The notes under the pieces were generated by a model. That model ran no database searches. It saw nothing but the letters and a program-made list of their open reading frames with translations, and was not told the origin of the DNA. Shown piece by piece: positions 17,991 through 24,253 of a DNA stretch of 24,253 bases. A program made the translations under genes and the position numbers. Within the stretch, counting starts at the first letter, position 1, and the number at the start of each line of letters is the position of its first letter. This DNA is from an uncultured archaeon. GTDB taxonomy: Archaea > Hadarchaeota > Hadarchaeia > Hadarchaeales > WYZ-LMO6. The stretch is from NCBI GenBank assembly GCA_938074535.1, contig CALJER010000040.1, positions 1 to 24,253 of the forward strand. Reading direction: 5' to 3'.

Positions 17991-18001
17991 AAATAGATAG
18001 G

Positions 18002-18481
18002 ATGTGGAAATTCCTAGTACAGGAAAAACCCGCCGACATAGTGTTGGTTCTGCGACGAGGTGAAACTTACCCCTCTCTGGTGGCGAAGGAGGTGGGCACC
18101 ACCTTCGCCCACGCCTTCAATGTACTGTCGAGGCTGGAGGAAATGGGCGTGGTGACCTCGGAGGAGAGGGGAAGGATCAGATGGGTAAAGCTCACCGAAA
18201 GGGGGGAGGAGCTGGCCACCCTTCTGGAGAAATTGCGGGGATTGGTGGTGGTAATGGATGCCTACGTGGAGCTGGAAAGGGTGTATTCAAAGGAGGTGAA
18301 GAGCAAGCTCAGGGAGGAGGTGAAAGTGGAAGAGGTGATGAAGAAGCTGGAGGAGCTGCGGGGGAAGGTAAAGGCCCTGGCCGAGAGGGAGGACGAGGTG
18401 GGGAGGAGGGCGAGGAAGTTCCAGGAGAGGGTGGAAGAGGTAGAAAGAGAGGCGAGGGGAATTGTGGTGGGTGAGGGATGA
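18002..18481 (+). CDS. Winged-helix (MarR-like) DNA-binding protein with C-terminal coiled coil
   Basis: TYPSLVAKEVGTTFAHAFNVLSRLEEMGVV...GRIRWVKLTERG, then an E/K/R-rich helical tail. Confidence 0.82.
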   Translation: MWKFLVQEKPADIVLVLRRGETYPSLVAKEVGTTFAHAFNVLSRLEEMGVVTSEERGRIRWVKLTERGEELATLLEKLRGLVVVMDAYVELERVYSKEVKSKLREEVKVEEVMKKLEELRGKVKALAEREDEVGRRARKFQERVEEVEREARGIVVGEG

Positions 18482-18709
18482 GATACTCATGAAGGGTAAC
18501 CTACCGAAGAAACTCCTTCCAGAAAAACGAGGAAGAAGGGCCGATGCACCCGGATGGACTGGGCCAGTTACCTTTCAAAGGGTACTCTGGAGAAGGACGG
18601 AAAAAGGGGCGAGGAAAGGGGAAACCCTTTGAAGACTCCCTCAGATACTCATGAAAGGGGATTAAAAGGAGGAGTTACTCATCATAAAGGAAGAATAACC
18701 CATCAAAGG
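18482..18709. repeat. Array of about 6 degenerate GWWACYCWTSAA(A)GG motifs
   Basis: Copies at 18482, 18567, 18621, 18644, 18674, 18695. AGATACTCATGAA is exact at 18481 and 18643. Confidence 0.6.
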
Positions 18710-18717
18710 TGAAGAAG

Positions 18718-19074
18718 ATGGAGACGGGTGCTGAAAGGCTCCTGGAGCTGGCGTACGGTAACCATCCCAAAAGTGTCCTGCTGAAGCCGGAGGGGAGGAA
18801 GGTGCTAAGGATCCTGAGGGAGGGGGCGAGGGGGATGGAGGAGCTGATGAAGGAACTGGGCCTAGACCCACTCTCGGCGGCCCACCGGAAGCACTTCTAC
18901 CTCCTGCTGAGGCCCCTCAGGGAGAAAGGCATGATTTCCACCAGGAGAGCGGGGGGGAAGACCCTCTATCACCTTAGTTACGACGGGTTTTCCCAGTACC
19001 TCCGGGAACTGCGCAAGGAGGCTGAGTTCTGGCTCAAGGAGGCAGGGGGGGAGGGGAAGGAAAAAGCGCCCTGA
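18718..19074 (+). CDS. Winged-helix domain protein
   Basis: GRKVLRILREG...MEELMKELG...FYLLLRPLREKGMISTRR...LYHLS. Start is ATG 18718 (AGGTGA upstream) or GTG 18709. Confidence 0.75.
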   Translation: METGAERLLELAYGNHPKSVLLKPEGRKVLRILREGARGMEELMKELGLDPLSAAHRKHFYLLLRPLREKGMISTRRAGGKTLYHLSYDGFSQYLRELRKEAEFWLKEAGGEGKEKAP

Positions 19075-19135
19075 GCTTCCGAAAACATTTTACGCTCTGC
19101 CAACGGAGAGAAAAGATCCGGGGAGGTAAGAGCGC

Positions 19136-19339
19136 ATGACCAAGAAAACCGGGCAGAAAGCCCTGAAGGCCAGACAGCTGGCGAGGGAGGCTAAGCTCGC
19201 TAAGTACAAGCGGCTTCTGGCCGAGAGCGGGGAAAACCTCGAACTTCCCAAAGCCAGTCCTGAGGAGGAAAGGAAAAAAGAGGAAGAGCTTCGGAGCATC
19301 TACCAGGAGATCTTGGCGAAAAAAGGGAAGAAGGAATAG
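19136..19339 (+). CDS. Small highly charged hypothetical protein (67 aa)
   Basis: GGGAGGT SD upstream; K/E/R-rich helical sequence. Confidence 0.65.
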   Translation: MTKKTGQKALKARQLAREAKLAKYKRLLAESGENLELPKASPEEERKKEEELRSIYQEILAKKGKKE

Positions 19340-19540
19340 CCCGGTCTTCATCCTCCACCCTTGTCGCTCCTACATTTCTGGAGTGTTTTGCGCGGAGGCG
19401 CGGATAAGTACGAAGGTTGTGGGTCAGGGCCCACTATCAAAGCTTCGCTCGAAAGGAGTTCCCAGTTCGGGCAATTTTCTATCCCGCCAAAGCCTTCAGC
19501 CACCTTGCACAACGGAGGTAAACAAATCGGTGGGAAATAG

Positions 19541-20734
19541 ATGGAAATAATTTTCACGATTCTCTTTATACTGACGGTGGTTTGGGTCGTTGGACTACTT
19601 TTTGAAAAATTCGGCCAACCTCTAATTTTAGGGGAGCTCCTAGCGGGGCTGGTCATCGGACCTCCCGTCTTGGGCATCGTGGGAGAGAGGGGGGTCAAGG
19701 AAGGTCTCATGGGGAATCCCGTCTTTGAATGGACTCCAGCCCTCGACACCCTTGCCAAGCTGGGAATGTTTTTCCTGATGTTCTATGCAGGGTTAATAAC
19801 CGATCCAAAAAAGTTAGGGAAAAGAGTAAAGAGCTTTTTTGGAGTGGGGATAGCGGGTACCTTCGTACCTCTGCTTTTCGGATGGCTCGTCACTTGGTTT
19901 TTTACACACAATTTTTGGACAGCGCTCATCATGGGACTCGCCCTCTCAGGCACCTCTCTCGCCGTCAAGGCGAGAATACTCGACGACTTGGGCATCCTCC
20001 AATCCAAAGTTGGGTACACCATGATGGGCGGAGCGGTGGTAGATAACATTCTCACGTTCATCATCCTCGCCGTGGCCATCCAAGCAATAACGGTGGGGGT
20101 GGTGAGGCCTTTGGATTTGTTGTATACGGTGGCACTAGTAGTGGCCTTCTTCGGAATCGCGCTCTTCATCGGTTACCGGGTGTATCCAATAGTCGGGAAG
20201 TTCTTCGCCCACTCAGGGGCGAGGGGGTTTACTTTTGCACTGATCATGGGTCTCCTCATCGCGGGTGTTGGACAAGCGATGGGGCTGCACTTCATCATCG
20301 GTGCCTACCTGGCGGGCTTGTTCGTGCGAGAGGAGTTCGTTGGTGGAGCATTTCGAGATTTGAGCCAGCGCTTCCAAACTCTTAGCCATGGTTTTCTGGG
20401 ACCCATATTTATCGTAAGCCTGGCCTTTCACGTGAGCTTTGGGGTGTTTGAAACTCACACCTTCTTCTTGATAGCACTCCTCATAGCGGCGATGGCTGGG
20501 AAGGTGATGGGAGCGGCCGGAGGAGCATATCTTACCGGGTTGAAGAAAAGAGAAGCGCTTACCGTTGGCATAGGGATGAACGGGAGGGGGATGGTAGATC
20601 TCATCTTGGCGATGGTCGGTCTTGAAATCGGAACTCTTGCCGATGCTCACGTGTCCCTGCTCGTTTTCACGGCTTTTGTGACCACTCTCGTGACCCCACC
20701 AGCGTTAAAGTACATGCTCCGAAAATCTTCCTAG
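19541..20734 (+). CDS. Cation:proton antiporter (CPA2/KefB-like membrane domain)
   Basis: QPLILGELLAGLVIGP, LMFYAGL, ALSGTSLAV, AVVDNI, IIGAYLAGL, GMNGRG; many TM helices. Confidence 0.9.
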   Translation: MEIIFTILFILTVVWVVGLLFEKFGQPLILGELLAGLVIGPPVLGIVGERGVKEGLMGNPVFEWTPALDTLAKLGMFFLMFYAGLITDPKKLGKRVKSFFGVGIAGTFVPLLFGWLVTWFFTHNFWTALIMGLALSGTSLAVKARILDDLGILQSKVGYTMMGGAVVDNILTFIILAVAIQAITVGVVRPLDLLYTVALVVAFFGIALFIGYRVYPIVGKFFAHSGARGFTFALIMGLLIAGVGQAMGLHFIIGAYLAGLFVREEFVGGAFRDLSQRFQTLSHGFLGPIFIVSLAFHVSFGVFETHTFFLIALLIAAMAGKVMGAAGGAYLTGLKKREALTVGIGMNGRGMVDLILAMVGLEIGTLADAHVSLLVFTAFVTTLVTPPALKYMLRKSS

Positions 20735-20949
20735 CTCGAAAATCTTCCCCTTTAACCCTCCCCTCCGGCTGGCTTTTTAGAGGAGTTTTGTTCTGCGATT
20801 TTGTGGCCTGGAAGGTGAGCGGCTCCCCGTGATAAGCAACAACGCGTTCCCCTCTCACCCAGGTTTCTGGTTCAAAAATGAAACTAATGTCCGCTAAAAA
20901 GTTTATAACTCGCGTGCAAGAAAGTTTAATAACGAAGGTCGAGGAAAAT

Positions 20950-22108
20950 ATGGGGGAAGACTATTAGAAAAAGCGTTGTAATTCTGGTCGCTCTTTTGGC
21001 TCTTGTTCTTTGTTTTACGTTTTTAAACTATGGGGAAAAGACAAGTCAACCCACGAGGCCCTCCTTTCAAGAAAGGCTGGACGACTTCTGGGGAGATTAT
21101 CCTGAGCTCGGTGAAGAGAATGTAGTTTATACCGTCCTTCCAGTAGATCTTGAGTACGTCGGCGAAATCTTTCCTCTGGGACATCTCAGTCCACCCGGGC
21201 ATCCCATCCCTACTCCACACACTTACTGGGAACTGGCTAGGGAAGACCTTGGGGCCCCGGTTTCAGGTTTCTCAAAGCCGGTTAAAGCGCCAGCTGATGG
21301 GGTAATCACCAGGATTGTATTTACATATTGGAGTGGTTTTCCGGATTACACAGTGTACATCAGACACACCAATAATTTCACGACAAGATTTAATCACCTC
21401 TCTGAAATAAGTCAGCAGATACTTGATAAGATTGGCTCACCGCTGAAAGAAGGCTGGGATGGCAACAGGGTATACGTCCCGGTTAAGGCTGGTGACGTGA
21501 TCGGAAAAACCTCTAGAGGCTATGGACAAAGCGCCGCTCTCGACATGGGGGCCTACGCTAGGAACGTGTTTCATTACATCAACCCCGAAAAATACCCCGT
21601 GCCGGAGCAGCAGGCGGTTTCCCCCCTGAGGTATTTTGAGCCCTCTCTCAGAGAAGCGGTTCTTCAAAAGATCAAGAGAACGGCTGAGCCCCGTGACGGC
21701 GAGTTCGATTTTGATGTAAGGGGAACGCTGGCGGGAAACTGGTTCTTAGAAGGAAAAGACGGATACAGTGAGGAGGGCGGAGCTGCCTATTATCTCTCTT
21801 TTGCTTACGATGCTTACGACCCGCGGTATCTGAGGGTAAGTTTAGGCTTAACTTTGGGCGGTTATTTGGCCAGGGTAAAAGGAAACGCCCCCGACTTCAA
21901 AAGCGTGGGGGTGAACAGCGGTAGAATCGTTTATAAACTGATCAGCGTTGGTGAAGGAAGCGAATTCTCAGGGGGGCCTATGCCAGACACCGTGGTCTCT
22001 ACCCTCCTGGTGGAGATGATAAACGAGGAGAAGATCAAGGTCGAACTCTTCGAGGGCGAGGTCGATAACCCCTCTTTCACCGCGAATGCAAAGTTTTTCA
22101 CGAGATAA
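20950..22108 (+). CDS. Exported protein with peptidase M23-like domain; natural start displaced by a +1 G-tract frameshift (in-frame fallback TTG 20996)
   Basis: PVKAPADGVI, FNHL, VKAGDVIG are M23-like. ATG 20950 with GAGG upstream is one base out of frame with KTIRKSVVILVALLALVL. Confidence 0.6.
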
Positions 22109-22826
22109 CTACCCTCGGCACGTGCGGTATTTCCACCCCGCCCGAAGTGAGGTTGAAGAGCGGTGCTCCACCTTCCTTCGCCAACCACCCCAGCAGCTCC
22201 CCACAGATCTTCAGCTTCTCCCTCTTCCTCCCCCTCTCCTTCTTCCCTGAGTACCTTCCCACTTCTTCTCCCAGGTCCATTCCCGCCAAGTAGATTTTCC
22301 TAGCCCCCAGCCCCCAAGCCAAGAAAGCGGCACGGTCACCGTCCGTGAAGCCACCGAAGTTCAGGAGGTTCCCTGTGGGCCTCAACTGGGTGGTCCCCAG
22401 TAGCCTCTCGGGTTTTTTTCCCCTCAGGAACTCCCTAACCCTGGGGTAGTTGTCACCATGCACATGAACCACCAACCAGGAACCTCTCCTCCAAGCCTCC
22501 TCCTGGTCCTCCACCCTCCCGTCTAGGTCGGTGACCACCACCTCAGGTACCCTTAGCTTCATCACCGCGGAGGTGGCTCCGTCGGCGGAGAGAAGCGTCA
22601 TCCGCAGCCTTCCGGTCCTCTCCAGTCTGCGCAGGTCCTCCTCAAGGGAGGGGCCTGCCCCCAGGACCAGGCACTCCCTCCCCTCCACCATCCTCCTGAG
22701 CCCTTTCAGCTCCGGGGGTGGGAAGAGGTTGGAAAGGAGCCTGACTGCCCTTTCGTCCTCCTCGCGGTCGAGCCCAAGCCTCTCCGCTATCCTGAGGTAC
22801 CAGGGCTCCCACATCTCCCAGCGCAT
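22098..22826 (-). CDS. mptE: 6-hydroxymethyl-7,8-dihydropterin pyrophosphokinase (DUF115/MptE)
   Basis: VLGAGPSL, SADGAT, VVTDLDG, VHVHGDN, NFGGFTDGDRA, LAGMD. Confidence 0.9.
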   Translation of the reverse strand: MRWEMWEPWYLRIAERLGLDREEDERAVRLLSNLFPPPELKGLRRMVEGRECLVLGAGPSLEEDLRRLERTGRLRMTLLSADGATSAVMKLRVPEVVVTDLDGRVEDQEEAWRRGSWLVVHVHGDNYPRVREFLRGKKPERLLGTTQLRPTGNLLNFGGFTDGDRAAFLAWGLGARKIYLAGMDLGEEVGRYSGKKERGRKREKLKICGELLGWLAKEGGAPLFNLTSGGVEIPHVPRVVIS

Positions 22827-22830
22827 CCCT

Positions 22831-23022
22831 TCACTTCCTGGGCTTACAAATTCCGCAGACGCAGACCACCTCTACGTGGTCCCCGAAGAGGTCGCGTACG
22901 GTGGTCCCCAGGTAGTGGGTGCAGTTGAAGCAAACGGGCAGACCGCAGTAACGGCATTCCCTCCAGGTCTTCTCCTTGTCCTTCTCTTTCAGTTCCCTCC
23001 CGCAGCAGGAACACTTGGGCAT
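22831..23022 (-). CDS. Small Cys-rich double zinc-finger protein
   Basis: Four CxxC pairs (CSCC, CRYC, CFNC, CGIC). GAGGTGA SD upstream; fits tightly between the CBS gene and mptE. Confidence 0.8.
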   Translation of the reverse strand: MPKCSCCGRELKEKDKEKTWRECRYCGLPVCFNCTHYLGTTVRDLFGDHVEVVCVCGICKPRK

Positions 23023-23030
23023 TCTTCACC

Positions 23031-23417
23031 TCAGAAGTCCAGGGGGGCCCTGGAGAGGACCCTCGTCAGATCGGAGGAGGTGAAGATACCGATCAGCTTC
23101 CCCTTGGAGGTGACCAGAAGCCTTCTCACCTTCATCTCCGACATGATCCTGGCGCATTCCTTCACCGTGTAGTTCTCGTCCACCATCACCAGGGGTCTGG
23201 AGGAATAATCTTTGAGCTTGGCCTTTCTCAAATCCACCCCCTTCGCCAGCACCTTGGAGAGGAGGTCCCTTTCCGTGAAGATACCGTAGGGATGTCCGTT
23301 GAGGGTCACCAGCACGCTCCCTATCCTCTTTCTCCCCATCAACCTACAGGCCTCCAGGACGCTCTTCCCGCCGTCCATTTTCACCAGCTTCCGGTTGGCC
23401 ACTTCCCCTATCTTCAT
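23031..23417 (-). CDS. CBS domain pair protein
   Basis: ATG 23417. SVLEACRLM...IGSVLV...GIFTERDL and VRRLLV...GIFTSSDL. Confidence 0.9.
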   Translation of the reverse strand: MKIGEVANRKLVKMDGGKSVLEACRLMGRKRIGSVLVTLNGHPYGIFTERDLLSKVLAKGVDLRKAKLKDYSSRPLVMVDENYTVKECARIMSEMKVRRLLVTSKGKLIGIFTSSDLTRVLSRAPLDF

Positions 23418-23437
23418 CCGAGAAAAAAGGGAGGGAG

Positions 23438-23450
23438 GGGTTATAAACCC
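23438..23450. promoter_or_regulatory. Shared bidirectional TATA element GGGTTATAAACCC
   Basis: The TTATAAA core (23441-23447) lies about 24-26 bp from both divergent ATGs (23417 minus, 23473 plus). Confidence 0.55.
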
Positions 23451-23472
23451 GCCTTTCGGAGAGAACGGAGAG

Positions 23473-24075
23473 ATGTCGCCAGAGAGATGGAGGAAGCTGG
23501 CGCTGTGCGGGTTGATAGCTCCACCCCTCGCCTTCACCTGTATCCTCCTCTCCATCCACCTCTCCCCCACCTTCAGCTGGACCGAGAACGCCCTCAGCGA
23601 CTTGGGGGTGGGGGAAGCGGCGTCTCTCTTCAACTTCGGCTTGATGGCAGCCGGTCTCCTGCTTCTCCTCTTCTCCCTTGCCTCCCTTTTCCTAACCAGG
23701 AAAAAACCCTTCGGTCTTCTCACCTCCTCCCTTTTGGTGCTCGATTCCCTGGCCCTCTTTGGCATCGGCCTCTTCCCCGAGAGCTACGGAAACCTGCATC
23801 TCTGGGTGTCCGTGCTCTTCTTCCTCCTCTTCCCCTTCATAGCCCTCTCCTTCTCCCTCCTCTTCTGGAAGAGGAACATGAGAACGGCTTCCCTCCTCTC
23901 CCTTCTCCTCTTCTTCCTTTCCTGGACGCCCTGGACGCGCCGGTGGGGGGGCTTGGCCATCCCAGAGACCCTCTCCTCCTCCGTGGCTTCTGCGTACGTA
24001 ATGGTGCTGGCGGCCTTCCTTTACCTGGGCAGGCCACCTTACGACTCCCTTCAGGAGGGCTCAGGGGAAAGGTGA
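23473..24075 (+). CDS. DUF998-like integral membrane protein
   Basis: FSWTENALSDLG, FNFGL, IGLFPE, LH, AIPE; several TM helices. Confidence 0.78.
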   Translation: MSPERWRKLALCGLIAPPLAFTCILLSIHLSPTFSWTENALSDLGVGEAASLFNFGLMAAGLLLLLFSLASLFLTRKKPFGLLTSSLLVLDSLALFGIGLFPESYGNLHLWVSVLFFLLFPFIALSFSLLFWKRNMRTASLLSLLLFFLSWTPWTRRWGGLAIPETLSSSVASAYVMVLAAFLYLGRPPYDSLQEGSGER

Positions 24076-24084
24076 GGCGAGCGG

Positions 24085-24253
24085 ATGGAGGTCGTGAGGG
24101 TAAGCGCACCAGGAGCCGTTTTCCTCTTTGGAGAGCACTCCGTGGTGTACGGGTACCCCTCCCTTAACGCCTCCGTGAGCGGGAGGGTGAGGGTGGAGAT
24201 GAAGCGGGGAAAAGATCGAAGGCTTGAGATCAGGTCCAGGGAGCTGGGAAGGG
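24085..24253 (+). CDS. mvk: Mevalonate kinase (GHMP family), 3' end outside window
   Basis: Not in the ORF track. Translates as MEVVRVSAPGAVFLFGEHSVVYGYPSL, matching SAPGKxxLFGEHxVVYG. Confidence 0.82.
   Translation, partial: MEVVRVSAPGAVFLFGEHSVVYGYPSLNASVSGRVRVEMKRGKDRRLEIRSRELGR

Noticed and set aside
18481-18709. CRISPR array or canonical ORB origin
   Set aside because: Repeats are short, degenerate and irregularly spaced. TTCCAGAAAAACGAGG near 18517 is only a loose single ORB-like match, and no cdc6/orc1 is nearby.
18554-18712. 52-codon ORF (MDWASYL...) ending at the wHTH start
   Set aside because: No SD or recognisable motif, and it runs through the repeat array. It cannot be supported, though it is not excluded.
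19348-19520. Possible gene remnant on the minus strand
   Set aside because: No credible start and no recognisable family motif.
20667-20880. Short minus-strand ORF between the antiporter and the M23-like gene
   Set aside because: It overlaps the antiporter 3' end and has no recognisable motif.
1-24253. tRNA, rRNA, IS element or integrase
   Set aside because: No cloverleaf/T-loop pattern, transposase or recombinase motifs were seen by eye in the intergenic spaces or ORFs.

Overview
GC-rich archaeal chromosomal segment. The euryarchaeal-type markers are a histone, Taw1, PPS, MptE and TATA/GGAGGTGA signals; a Hadarchaeota-like origin is a guess I cannot verify. Gene order: 5'-truncated NifB-type radical SAM gene coupled to Taw1/TYW1; a class III signal-peptide protein divergent from a membrane-anchored wHTH plus translin; an atypical histone, panB and PPS on the minus strand; a membrane protein, a divergent EF-1alpha-like GTPase and an amidase; a pyrimidine cluster (pyrF-E-B-I-K ... 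pyrC-D-G) interrupted by a doubly frameshifted ETF-beta gene and a small membrane protein; two winged-helix genes, each preceded by its own repeat array; an AT-richer block (CPA2 antiporter, M23-like exported protein with a G-tract frameshift at its start); mptE, a FYVE-like Zn finger, CBS, DUF998-like and a partial mevalonate kinase. Best candidates for new biology are the repeat-array/wHTH module (17800-19340), the EF-1alpha paralog-amidase pair and the histone variant. All family calls come from motif recognition by eye; no searches were run. I saw no tRNA, rRNA, CRISPR array or transposase.
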